Counted from the first letter of the stretch, positions 7,035 through 16,061 are shown. The stretch: 32,000 nt of DNA from Gemmata obscuriglobus (GCF_008065095.1 NZ_CP042911.1:2670001-2702000); one strand, 5' to 3'. The notes: generated by a model not told the origin, from the sequence alone. A program made the numbers and translations.

Positions 7035-7286
7035 TTTCGTCGCCGCCTCTCACGCACCCACGCCGAACAGGGGTTCGATCCCTTCGGACCGGGTCCCGTG
7101 GATCACCGCTTGCGAGAACATCGCGTCGATGCTGTCGAGGAACCGCAGGCGGTGACCGCCCCGGACTCGTCGCACAGTTGAACCGGTTGGCCCAGCCCGC
7201 TCAGTTTGCCCCGCATCGCGGCGTCGAGAATCACCTTGCTCGCGTGTCGCCTCCTGACCGCACGATGCCACCCGCGGTCAACAGAA

Positions 7287-7306
7287 CGGGGGGCCGAACC
7301 CCCCCG
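7287..7306 (-). terminator. GC hairpin downstream of the isomerase-like gene
   Basis: CGGGGGG-ccgaa-CCCCCCG lies 13 nt beyond the stop (7319) of the minus-strand gene. The trailing T-run is weak (ttctgtt). Confidence 0.4.
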
Positions 7307-7318
7307 TCGCGAACCACG

Positions 7319-8512
7319 TTACGCCTTCAGCGCGTCGTCGTGGCGGCCCCAGCTCGGCGGCAGGTCGGCCTTCCGGCAGTTCGCCAGCGCCGTCTTCGCG
7401 CCGGCGAACTTGTCCGCGTCGTTGTCCTCCCACTCGATGCTCACCGCGCCCTCGTACCCGACCCGGTTCAGCTCGATGAAGATCTCCTCCAGCGAGTTGG
7501 CGTCGCGCTGTGTGCCGGCGGTCACGAACTTCCAACCGTTGGTCCAGTGGCCCATCGACCGGTGCCCGCCCAGCAGCCCGCCGCGGCAGTGCTCGCGCTC
7601 CACCTGCACGCCCTTCACGTGCGCGCAGTGGACGTACTTCTGGAACTCGCGGATGAACTGGATCACCGACACGTTCTGCCATTCCATGTGCGAGCCGTCG
7701 AGGTTGAACCCCACGACGCCCTCGTACCCAGCCTTGTTCATGTGGTTGATGTAATCCACGGCGCTCTCGAGGTCGCCCATCGCGCGCTCGGACGGGTGGC
7801 ACTCCAGGTCGTAGGTCACGCCCTGCTTCTTGCACTCGTCCCACACCGGGCCGAACCGCTCCACCAGCAGTTCCAGCGACACCTGGTACACGTCCGGCAG
7901 GGCGTGGCCGTCGATCTCGCCGGGGAGCCACGGGAACAGGAACCAGTGGCTCCAGCAGTGGGCGGGGCTGCCCACGAAGCCGGGCACCGCGACGCGGCGG
8001 TTCTGCAACTTGGACAGGTGCCCGGCGTACCGCACCGCGGCCAGCAGGTCGCGCTGCGCCTCCTTGTGCATCAGCGCGCCGACCTCGTCGGGCACGTACA
8101 TCGGGTTGGTGCGCGGCGGGTTGTTGCCGGCGGCACGCCACGCCTTGTACGCGCCCCGAGCCTCGCCCTTCCCGGAGCAGAAGTTGAGGGTCTTGGCGCT
8201 CGGCTCGTCGCCCAGCACCTGCCCCTGGAGGTGCGTGGCGACGGTGAAGATCTCCAGCCCGTGCGCCTTCGCCAGCGCGACCCGCTCCTTGGCGTACTCG
8301 GCGGCGCCGGCGTCGGTGTCGCACCGGCGCAGGTCGAGTTCCCAGGACGCCTCTTCCCAGCCGTCGAAGCCGGCCCCGGCGATGAATTTGAGCCACTCCG
8401 ACTCGGGCACCCCGCCGAACTGGCCGCGGACGAGCCCGATCTGGTGGTAGCTGCCCTTGCCGGGCCGGTGAACCGGCTTGCCGCTCTCGTCAACGGTCTG
8501 CGCGAATCCCAT
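7319..8512 (-). CDS. Sugar phosphate isomerase/epimerase (xylose isomerase-like TIM barrel), 397 aa
   Basis: The long ORF has coding-like composition. Its length and motifs (...AGFDGWE..., ...HLQGQVLGDEP..., ...VHCAHVKG..., ...GAVSIEWED...) resemble the AP-endonuclease-2/xylose-isomerase-like fold family common in planctomycetes. Confidence 0.75.
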   Translation of the reverse strand: MGFAQTVDESGKPVHRPGKGSYHQIGLVRGQFGGVPESEWLKFIAGAGFDGWEEASWELDLRRCDTDAGAAEYAKERVALAKAHGLEIFTVATHLQGQVLGDEPSAKTLNFCSGKGEARGAYKAWRAAGNNPPRTNPMYVPDEVGALMHKEAQRDLLAAVRYAGHLSKLQNRRVAVPGFVGSPAHCWSHWFLFPWLPGEIDGHALPDVYQVSLELLVERFGPVWDECKKQGVTYDLECHPSERAMGDLESAVDYINHMNKAGYEGVVGFNLDGSHMEWQNVSVIQFIREFQKYVHCAHVKGVQVEREHCRGGLLGGHRSMGHWTNGWKFVTAGTQRDANSLEEIFIELNRVGYEGAVSIEWEDNDADKFAGAKTALANCRKADLPPSWGRHDDALKA

Positions 8513-8680
8513 GAGGTGCCCCCGGAGAGTGAGTGTTCGATGACGTTTAAGCGTGTCAACGCACCGCAGACTTTACGGCAGGCGCGGGTGCGGGGCAAGC
8601 GCGCCGCGGTGCGGTTTCCGCCGGCCCGGGACCGGTTCATCGCATTGCACCGGCGGCGGCGACCGGGCACAATAGCCCGC

Positions 8681-9757
8681 ATGACCGACCGCGAAGCGTT
8701 CATCGAAGCCATTGCCGCCCGCCGGGACGACGGCACCGTGCGGCTGGCGTTCGCCGACTGGCTCCAGGAGCACGGCGAGGAAGACCGCGCTGAGTTCGTG
8801 CGACTGTCGCACGAACTCGCCGCGTGTTCCCACGAGGCGGAACTCCGGCAGCTCCGAAAACAGGTTCTCAACCTGCTGGAGACCCACGGCCCGCGGTGGT
8901 TCGACCCGTTCTGTCGCGCGCTCGGTCAGGAATCCGTTTTCGGCCGCCGCGGGCGGCGCTCGGCTCAGGCCTATTGGACGGGCCGACTACGCCTCGACAA
9001 TCCGTCTTACCAACGCGATTTCGATTCGGGCCAAATCGACCTGAATGAACTGTCGGCCGGCGTGTTCTCGGGCATCAAACTGCGGCACGGCTTTGTGCAG
9101 CAGGCGACCGTCCTTCTCGCATCCGAGTACCCTGTTGGTGACGTGGCAGGTGCGTTACGATGCGAGCCGGTCGAGGAGTTGACCATCCGAACGGCCACCG
9201 CCCCGGACCAGTGGCGCCGCTTGAACGTACCGTCCCTGGCCCGCATCCAAAAGCTCGCCGTCGAAGCGCCGCCCGAACCTACCCCCCAAGCAATTGAAGT
9301 GTTCGACGAAGTGCTCGCGGGAGAGCACTGGTCAGGAGTGCATGACTTCCACCTCGAGTGCTCAGACGCCGATCTTGAACTCCAGGGCGGATACGCAGCC
9401 CGGCTGCTACGGGCGCCACTACTGTCAGGCCTCAAAACGCTCTGGCTCCGTGACACGCAACACGACCTGATACCCCTGGTATGTTCGCCACGGTTGACGT
9501 CACTCCGCTGCTTCACCGCCCTGGGCTGTGAACCTGCTGACGCGGTTTTTCGTGCTCTTCGTGATGCGTCGTTCCGGCCGAACGTGGACATGATTATACT
9601 TGCACTCACGTGCCACAGATTTGACGAGAGTGTCGAGGCGCTCGCCTCGGCTCCGTGGCCGAAGCTACGTATTCTTATGCTTGAGGGGGTGACCGACGCC
9701 AGCGTCCGTCATCTGCTACCTCTCGTTCCTCAACTCACTTACCTAGGACTTACGTAG
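8681..9757 (+). pseudogene. TIGR02996-type N-terminal domain / LRR protein, 5' part, interrupted by an IS at 9743/9744
   Basis: MTDREAFIEAIAARRDDGTVRLAFADWLQEHGEEDRAEFVRL is the TIGR02996 signature as I recall it. The frame runs into the IS inverted repeat and stops at TAG 9755-9757 (last 4 codons are IS-derived). Confidence 0.8.
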
Positions 9758-10811
9758 TTGACTTTTGGGTAAGTAGGTATGTAGGTGCGGCGAGGTAGGT
9801 TCGCACCGCTTCGCGCACGATGGCCGTCTTGGCCGCGAACCAACTGACGCCGGACTTGAGCCGGTGCCACTCGAGCCGCAGGAACGCGCGGATCGCGAGC
9901 CCGATGTGGACCGCTTGGGCCCGGCTCATGCGCACCTGGCACCGGTCCACGTGGCAATGCTGCTTGAGGCCCCGGTGATACTCCTCGATGCCCCACGCGT
10001 GCCCGGCCAGAACCGCACGAGTGGCCTCGTCCATGTCGAGGTCGTTGGTGATCCAATGCTCCGTGCCCCCATCACCGGTGGCGATCCGGAACGCCTTCAC
10101 CAATCCGAACCCCTCCAGGTGCACCACCGTACCGGCGGCCCCGATCGGGCACCCCTCGATGGCCCGATTGCCCGTGCGATCCGGGTTCACCCGCCGGTTG
10201 CTCCGCACCCGGGTCAGGAAGTGCCACCCCAGGGCCCGCACCGCCTTCAGGTTGTCCTTGCCCGAGTACCAGGTGTCGAACAGTACCACCCGGGGCGACA
10301 GGTCCCGTCCCTTGGCGACCGCCAGCATGGCTCGGAAGTGGTCGTTCTTGGTCTCGGCTCGGGCCGGGTCGGCGAGCCGGTAATCACACGGTACCAGGGC
10401 GGCCCCGTCGGTCCACAGCAGGGTCACCAGCCCGATCCCGCTCACCACCCGGCGGTGCCGCCCGGACCAGCACCGGCGCACCAGCCCCATGTGCCGGGCG
10501 AACGGCTTGTCCAGCACCGAGTCGTCGAGCACCACGGCACCGCCCGGGCGGACCGACGACCGGGCTTCGTCCCACAACGCCGCTGGGTCCGGTTCCAGCC
10601 GGTGCAGCAGTCGGGTGAACGCATCATGCGCGGGCGCCGTCGGATGGTCCGGTTGGGCTCGCGCGGCTTCCGCGGCCGACGCCACCTTGGGGGTGGCGAT
10701 CAGGAATTGGATGTAGTCCTCGGCGCTCGCACGTGGTGCGTTCATGGCCCGATCATAGACCAACAACACACCATGCGCAAATCCTGCGCCAGCGCAACTG
10801 CGTAAGTCCTA
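9744..10811 (-). mobile_element. IS701/IS4-like insertion sequence, 1068 bp
   Basis: Terminal inverted repeats TAGGACTTACG[T/C]AGTTG at 9744-9760 and 10795-10811 (16/17). Direct 5-bp duplication TTACC at 9739-9743 and 10812-10816. A single DDE transposase ORF lies inside. Confidence 0.85.
9750..10769 (-). CDS. DDE transposase (IS701/IS4-like), 339 aa
   Basis: ...EDYIQFLIATPKVASAAEAARAQP....APAHDAFTRLLHRLEPD..., ...VVLDDSVLDKP..., ...VLFDTWYS..., ...WGIEEYHRGLKQ... is the typical DDE layout. An alternative ATG start is at 10745. Confidence 0.85.
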   Translation of the reverse strand: MLLVYDRAMNAPRASAEDYIQFLIATPKVASAAEAARAQPDHPTAPAHDAFTRLLHRLEPDPAALWDEARSSVRPGGAVVLDDSVLDKPFARHMGLVRRCWSGRHRRVVSGIGLVTLLWTDGAALVPCDYRLADPARAETKNDHFRAMLAVAKGRDLSPRVVLFDTWYSGKDNLKAVRALGWHFLTRVRSNRRVNPDRTGNRAIEGCPIGAAGTVVHLEGFGLVKAFRIATGDGGTEHWITNDLDMDEATRAVLAGHAWGIEEYHRGLKQHCHVDRCQVRMSRAQAVHIGLAIRAFLRLEWHRLKSGVSWFAAKTAIVREAVRTYLAAPTYLLTQKSTT

Positions 10812-10986
10812 TTACCTATACCTGAGAGGCAAAATGATAACCGACGCCGGAGCTGCCGCGCTGGCCGCCGCGGTTAACCCCGAGTACCTCCAGAACTTGG
10901 ACCTGAGTTCCAATCCGCTGTCCGAAAGTATGGTGGCCGCGCTTCGCGCCCGATTCGGTAGCCGGTTCGAGTTCACTCCCGCGTGA
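10812..10986 (+). pseudogene. 3' part of the IS-interrupted TIGR02996/LRR gene
   Basis: Removing the IS and one TTACC copy joins ...CAA CTC ACT TAC C|TA TAC CTG AGA GGC AAA ATG ATA ACC GAC... in frame. This gives ...LTYLYLRGKMITDAGAAALAAAVNPEYLQNLDLSSNPLSESMVAALRARFGSRFEFTPA*. Confidence 0.75.
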
Positions 10987-10996
10987 ATGAAAACAC

Positions 10997-11419
10997 ATGA
11001 CTGCCGACCGACTGCTCTGGTGGTTGATGCGCCTCGATGCGTGCGTCGTGCTGTGCGCGGCCCCGTGCGCGCTGCTGCCGTTTGAATGGATGAGTACCGT
11101 TCACCGCGACTGGCTCGGGTTGGGGGAACTGCCCGACGCCGTCATCACCCGGTACATGGCGCGGTCGCTGTCGCTGCTGTACGCGCTGCACGGCGCGGTC
11201 GTGTTCACGATCACCGTCCGCTGGCGCGAGTACCGGTCGATGGTGCCGGTCCTCGCGTACCTCCACACGGCCCTCGGCGCGGGCGTGTTCCTCGCGGACC
11301 TGAACGCCGGCGTGCCCTGGTGGTGGGCGGCCTCTGAAGGCCCCGGGGTGGTCGCGTTCGGGTTGGTCAAGCTGTTCTTGTACCGGCGCGCAAGTCGGAC
11401 CGGCACGGCCGTGTCTTGA
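10997..11419 (+). CDS. Hypothetical integral membrane protein, 140 aa
   Basis: Four hydrophobic segments. No family recognised. Confidence 0.5.
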   Translation: MTADRLLWWLMRLDACVVLCAAPCALLPFEWMSTVHRDWLGLGELPDAVITRYMARSLSLLYALHGAVVFTITVRWREYRSMVPVLAYLHTALGAGVFLADLNAGVPWWWAASEGPGVVAFGLVKLFLYRRASRTGTAVS

Positions 11420-11620
11420 GTGGTGCCCGCCCGACCATCGCGGTGTTCCGTCACGAGCGACGCGCGTTCTGTTCTCTCACGACCGTTCGGTCGGCACCCC
11501 GACTGCTTGGAGGCGATGGAGCGTGACGAACTGCTCGAAGCCCGGTGGGCGCAACTGACCGGGTTGTCAGGCCCTCCCGTGCTCTCGTTACAATAACGTT
11601 CGCACTCCGCGGAGGTTACC

Positions 11621-12331
11621 GTGCCGCTACTCGACCATTTCCGCCCGCCGCTAACGCTCACGCACACGTGGCGGACGTTTCATGGAACCTGGGCCGTTGC
11701 GATCGCACGAATACTCAACGCGGGGGTGCTGCCGCCAGGGTATTACGCCGCCCCCTTCCGTGACCGCGACGGCCCGATCGAAATCGACGTTGCCACGCTC
11801 GGCAGTTCGGTCTCAAGCGTCGCGCAGGAAAGTGCCCCGCGGTGGGCTCCCGAACCGGAGCTCGCGGTCGCGGTTGCTTGGCCCGAAACGGATGACGTGC
11901 GGGTCGAGGTGCGCAGCGAGGACGGCGACCCGCCGTTGGCCGCCGCAATCGAGTTGGTCAGCCCGCGAAACAAAGATCGAGCGTCCGCCCGAGAAGCGTT
12001 CGCGGCAAAATGCGCCGACCATCTTCACCACGGGCGGGGGTTGGTCGTGGTCGACATCGTCACCACACGGCGAGCGGACCTACAGGCCGAACTGCTCACA
12101 ACGCTCGACGTGAAGGAAATTGCGGGGACGCCGGAGGGGCTGAGTGCCGTTTCCTACCGCTCAATCGGCCGCGCGGTAGCTGGTCGGCTTCAGGTGTGGC
12201 CATCCGAGTTAACGATCGGGAAATCGCTGCCCACTCTCCCGCTGTGGCTGGGCGAGTTCGCGGTGCCGCTCGACCTCGAAGCGAGCTACACCGCCGCGTG
12301 CGCGGACCTGCGTATCCGACAGACAGGCTGA
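11621..12331 (+). CDS. DUF4058-like protein, 236 aa
   Basis: GTG lies 5 nt after GGAGG. N-terminal MPLLDHFRPPL....W..FHGTWAVAIARILNAGVLPPGYYA resembles the DUF4058 N-terminus recalled from cyanobacterial and planctomycete proteins. Confidence 0.55.
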   Translation: MPLLDHFRPPLTLTHTWRTFHGTWAVAIARILNAGVLPPGYYAAPFRDRDGPIEIDVATLGSSVSSVAQESAPRWAPEPELAVAVAWPETDDVRVEVRSEDGDPPLAAAIELVSPRNKDRASAREAFAAKCADHLHHGRGLVVVDIVTTRRADLQAELLTTLDVKEIAGTPEGLSAVSYRSIGRAVAGRLQVWPSELTIGKSLPTLPLWLGEFAVPLDLEASYTAACADLRIRQTG

Positions 12332-12400
12332 CGATGACGGTCGTCGAAGACCGACCACCGGCAGCTCCTTCCCCAAGCCGCTCGGAACCACGTCCACCGG

Positions 12401-12838
12401 TCAAATGGCCGGATCGAACCCGTCGAGGCCGGCGAGGAACTCGCGGAACCGGCGCACCAACCCGGCAAGCACATCGGGTGAAACCGGTCGCTCAAGAGCC
12501 GCGTGAACCCCGGGCACCGCCAGACCCTCTCCGTGGGCGGTGAGAGTCACCACGAACGGCTTTCGCCACGCCGACCGCTCCGCAATCGCCGCAGGCACGG
12601 ACTCCCACCCCGGCCCCGTCGGGACCAGCACAACGGCATCCGGTTGGGCGAGCACGGCAAGGTCCACGGCCCCCGGGCCGACGGTCGTCGTAACTACTTC
12701 ACACCCGACAGCTTCCAACGTCAGGGCCAGAACTTCGGAGTCGCGCTCGCGGTCGGCGGCCACCAGCACCGACAGTCCGCGCTGGGGCAATTGGTTCGAA
12801 ACCGAGGGCCGAACGGACGGGGTCGTCAGTGCCGCCAT
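12401..12838 (-). CDS. Hypothetical protein, 145 aa, possibly a degenerate receiver (CheY-like) fold
   Basis: ATG lies 7 nt after GGAG. The alternating beta/alpha-like pattern (LSVLVAADRE..., DAVVLVP..., PFVVTLTAHGE) is only suggestive. Confidence 0.45.
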   Translation of the reverse strand: MAALTTPSVRPSVSNQLPQRGLSVLVAADRERDSEVLALTLEAVGCEVVTTTVGPGAVDLAVLAQPDAVVLVPTGPGWESVPAAIAERSAWRKPFVVTLTAHGEGLAVPGVHAALERPVSPDVLAGLVRRFREFLAGLDGFDPAI

Positions 12839-13247
12839 GCCTATACTCCACTAAGTTAATTCATTAAGTAGAGTAACACATTGCCAACCAGACGCAAGCG
12901 CAGAGTTCCAACCCTTGGCTGCTTTGTCAGGTCGCCCGTGAGAGGGAACACAACGACTGGACTTCCCTCCGGCAAGTGAATGCCGACCGCTGCCGAGGTC
13001 GGCGGCGACGAGTAGCACGACGTTTTTCCGGGCCGCGCCCGCGTTCCCCGTGGGCGCGGGCGCAACGGCCAACGCTATGGTGAGGCTCCACGGGTGAGGT
13101 GCCGCGAAGTGTGGGCACCGGAACGCCAGCGTGCAAACCGGTTCCGGTCGGGGGGGCAAAACCGACCGCTCGAACGTTTGCGTCCGCCGCAGCGGGCGTT
13201 TACACTCGGCCGTCCCGCCCACCGACCCAACAACCAACGCTCTCCAC

Positions 13248-14291
13248 ATGAACCGTCGCGAATTCCTGGCCGCCGCAGCCACTGCGTCTTCCGGCCCGAT
13301 CCTGCTCGGCATGACGCGCAAAGCGGAAGAGAAGAACCCCGTCATCGGGGTTGAGGGGCACAAGTACGAGTGCGTCCACAACTGGGGCGAGTTGCCGGGC
13401 GGTTACGAGTGGCAAACGACCCACAACGTCGCGCTCGACGCCGCGGGGAACGTGTACATCACGCACCAGGGGTCGAAAGCCACCAAGGCCAGCCGTGACA
13501 CGGTAATGGTGTTCGACCCCAAGGGGAAGTTCATCCGGTCGTTCGGCAAGGAGTGGATCAACGGCGGGCACGGGATCGCCATCCGTAAAGAGGGCGGCGA
13601 GGAGTTCATCTACCTGTCCAACACCTGGGAACAGCCGAAGCTGGTGAAGACCAACCTGAAGGGCGAGGAGGTGTGGCGAAAGGGCCGCCCCGAGTGCAAG
13701 GAGTACGAGAACCCCTCGACGAAGTACGACCCCACCAACATTTGCTGGCTGCCGGACGGGGGCTTCAACGTCGGCGACGGGTACGGCTCGCACTACATGT
13801 TCAACTACGACAAGGACGGCAAGCTCCAGAAGGTGTTCGGCGGCGCGGGCACCGAGCCGGGCAAGTTCAAGACCCCGCACGGCCAGTGGCTCGACGAGCG
13901 CGACCCCAAGAACCCGGTGCTGGTGGTGTGCGACCGGGCGAACGCGCGCCTGCAACGGTTCACCCCCGACGGAACGGCGATCGACGCCACCGAGGGCGGC
14001 AAGGTGGTGCTGTTCCCGGCCCACGCGAAGACCCGAGGCGATGTGCTGCTGGTCCCCGACCTGCACGCCCGCGTGAGCCTGTTCGACAAGGAGAACAAGC
14101 CGATTGTTCACCTGGGCGATGACGCCGCGTGGCGCAAGAAGGTGCTCGGCGAGAACATCCGTGCCAAGCCGAAGGAGTGGCTGCCGGGCAAGTTCGTCCA
14201 CCCGCACGACGCCGCGTTCGACGCCGACGGCAACATCTTCGTCGTCGAGTGGGTCAGCACCGGCCGCATCACGCTCCTGCGCAAGGTGTGA
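13248..14291 (+). CDS. Tat-signal secreted six-bladed beta-propeller (NHL / peptidyl-alpha-hydroxyglycine lyase-like) protein
   Basis: MNRREFLAAAATAS is a twin-arginine motif. Repeated ...G.G..HG.. / ...HDAAFDADGNIFVVEW blades are present. I placed the start at the ATG giving the Tat leader, not the track start at 13131. Confidence 0.75.
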   Translation: MNRREFLAAAATASSGPILLGMTRKAEEKNPVIGVEGHKYECVHNWGELPGGYEWQTTHNVALDAAGNVYITHQGSKATKASRDTVMVFDPKGKFIRSFGKEWINGGHGIAIRKEGGEEFIYLSNTWEQPKLVKTNLKGEEVWRKGRPECKEYENPSTKYDPTNICWLPDGGFNVGDGYGSHYMFNYDKDGKLQKVFGGAGTEPGKFKTPHGQWLDERDPKNPVLVVCDRANARLQRFTPDGTAIDATEGGKVVLFPAHAKTRGDVLLVPDLHARVSLFDKENKPIVHLGDDAAWRKKVLGENIRAKPKEWLPGKFVHPHDAAFDADGNIFVVEWVSTGRITLLRKV

Positions 14292-14306
14292 GCGCGCCGG
14301 CGCCGC

Positions 14307-14693
14307 TCACCGCCGGAGGACGAACCGGCCCGAATCGCGGCGGCTGTTGAAGGTCGCATCGAAGGTCGTGCCGGTGACGACCGCGGTGGTGCGGAACGTG
14401 CCGAACGGCCCCAGCGGCTTTTCGGCCGAGAGGAGCACAACGCCATCGCCCCGCCCGACCACGTCCATCGTGGTCGAGTAGCGGAACGGGATGACCTTCG
14501 CGAACCGACCGCGGTAGGTCACACGGTAGGCGTCGTCACCCTGCGGCGTGAACCGGGCGTGAAGGGGGCCGGTGTGGCCGTTAGCGTCGCTCACCCAGTA
14601 CCCGGACCACTTCCCCGAAAGCTCGGGCGCCGGTTGCGCGAGTGCCGCCGCGGGCAGCACGCCGGACACGAAGACCGCCAGAAACAGCCGCAT
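14307..14693 (-). CDS. Small secreted hypothetical protein, 128 aa
   Basis: Signal peptide MRLFLAVFVSGVLPAAALAQP. Convergent with the previous gene. Confidence 0.6.
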   Translation of the reverse strand: MRLFLAVFVSGVLPAAALAQPAPELSGKWSGYWVSDANGHTGPLHARFTPQGDDAYRVTYRGRFAKVIPFRYSTTMDVVGRGDGVVLLSAEKPLGPFGTFRTTAVVTGTTFDATFNSRRDSGRFVLRR

Positions 14694-14841
14694 GGGTTCG
14701 ACCTCGTGAGAATCGGGTGTCCATCTTGTTATTTCGCGGCGAGGCCGGGCCGGTCCACAGCACTTCGCGGCGGTGAAGCGGGTGAACTGCGGGCGTTATA
14801 CGTGTTGTTCCGGTCGTAACGGATTCACGGAGCATGCTACC

Positions 14842-16026
14842 ATGTTACGCTTCCTGCCCGTGCTCGCGCTGGCCCTGTGCAGCGCGCCCACAACCGCCGC
14901 CGAGCCGGAAAAAATCGACGTGTTCGCGGCCGGCACGGGCGGGTACGCGATGTACCGCATCCCCGGCGTCGTGGTGACCCAAGCGGGCACGGTGCTCGCG
15001 TACTGCGAGGCCCGCAAGACCGGCAGCGATTGGGCCACCATCGACATCCTGCTCCGCCGCAGCACCGACGGCGGCAGAACGTGGGACGATCCGCAGAAGG
15101 TCGCGGACGTGAAGGGGCCGAAGGAGCGGAACCCGGTCGCGGTCGCGAAGAAACTCGGGAAGCCGGACGACATCACGTACAACAACCCCGTGATGATCGC
15201 GGACCGGTCGGGCGCCGTTCACCTGCTGTTCTGCCTCGATTACATGCGGTGCTTCCACTCCCGGTCGGGCGACGACGGCAGGACCTGGAGCGAACCGGCC
15301 GAGATCACCGCCACCGCCTTCGAGCCGCTCAAGAAAGCCCACGACTGGAAGGTTATCGCGACCGGCCCCGGCCACGGCATTCAGCTCAAAGGCGGGCGGC
15401 TGGTCGTCCCGGTGTGGCTCGCGCTCGGGACCGGCGGGGGCGGCCACGGCGACAGCGTGGCGGCGACCATTTCCAGCGACGACGGCGGCAAAACCTGGAA
15501 ACCGGGCGAGGTCGCGGCCCCGCGCACCGCGGAGATTCTCAGCCCGAACGAATCGACGGTGTGCGAACTGACCGACGGGTCGGTGATGCTCAACGCCCGC
15601 AGCCCGTCGAAGGCGAATCGGCGGCTGGTCACGATCAGCGCCGACGGCGCCACCAAGTGGAGCCAGCCGACGTTCGACGACGCGCTGCCGGAACCCCTTT
15701 GCATGGGGTCGCTCCTGAGCGTACCCGGCACGAAGCTGGTGCTATTCAGCAACCCCGACAACCTCGATAAGGCCGGCGCCAAGTCGCCCCCGGCACCCGG
15801 CACCGGCCGCGACCGCAAGAACCTGACCGTGCGCCTTAGCGACGACAGCGGGAAGACGTGGGCCGCGAAGCGGAGCGTGGAAGCGGGGTTCAGCGCCTAC
15901 TCCGACCTCGCGCTCGCGAAGGACGGCACCGTGCTGCTCTTCTACGAGCGCGCCGACGATAAGGGAACCAAGTACGGGCGGCTCACGGTCACGCGGTTCC
16001 CGGTCGAATGGGTCCGCGGGAAGTAG
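14842..16026 (+). CDS. Exo-alpha-sialidase / BNR-repeat glycosyl hydrolase (GH33-like)
   Basis: Signal peptide, a YRIP motif (YRIPGVV), and five Asp-boxes: [40 protein letters not shown]. Confidence 0.85.
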   Translation: MLRFLPVLALALCSAPTTAAEPEKIDVFAAGTGGYAMYRIPGVVVTQAGTVLAYCEARKTGSDWATIDILLRRSTDGGRTWDDPQKVADVKGPKERNPVAVAKKLGKPDDITYNNPVMIADRSGAVHLLFCLDYMRCFHSRSGDDGRTWSEPAEITATAFEPLKKAHDWKVIATGPGHGIQLKGGRLVVPVWLALGTGGGGHGDSVAATISSDDGGKTWKPGEVAAPRTAEILSPNESTVCELTDGSVMLNARSPSKANRRLVTISADGATKWSQPTFDDALPEPLCMGSLLSVPGTKLVLFSNPDNLDKAGAKSPPAPGTGRDRKNLTVRLSDDSGKTWAAKRSVEAGFSAYSDLALAKDGTVLLFYERADDKGTKYGRLTVTRFPVEWVRGK

Positions 16027-16061
16027 AACGAGTGAGTTCGCCCTCTTTCCGCGAGCGCCAG

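Larger units (their letters stand above)
1..7079 (+). mobile_element. Integron-type gene-cassette array (partial). Eight cassettes are delimited by attC-like sites; no integrase or attI is in the window
   Basis: Eight + strand ORFs, one to each side of a 78-112 bp structured repeat. Each repeat starts with GCCGAAC (RYYYAAC-like) 3-9 nt after a stop codon in four cassettes (278-360 nt after the stop in two; inside the ORF 3' end in one) and ends with GTTCGGC (GTTRRRY-like). Five of the eight sites (six if cassette 6 uses the TTG at 4341) are followed 17-25 nt later by the next start codon with an SD between. Cassette G+C ranges from about 50% (LRR gene) and 57% (last cassette) to about 70%, hand-counted on single lines. 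The pattern stops at about 7040-7080, where gene orientation and repeat pattern change. Confidence 0.7.

Noticed and set aside
1-7079. Regularly spaced repeats could suggest a CRISPR array
   Set aside because: The repeats are 78-112 bp, imperfect and internally palindromic over their whole length. The 'spacers' are 0.4-1.6 kb and contain full ORFs with SD sites. No cas genes are present.
7050-7271. 73-aa minus-strand ORF (and a neighbouring frame) between the array end and the isomerase-like gene, considered as a toxin (PIN-like) remnant
   Set aside because: It has only vague resemblance and no conserved acidic residues that I could place. The frames are broken. Not supportable by eye.
6962-9757. 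931-aa + strand ORF in the track
   Set aside because: It is a chimeric read-through. Its first 1.7 kb or so is Arg/Pro/Ala-rich, runs antisense to the well-supported isomerase-like gene (7319..8512 -), and crosses an intergenic region. Only the part from ATG 8681 (the TIGR02996 signature) looks real.
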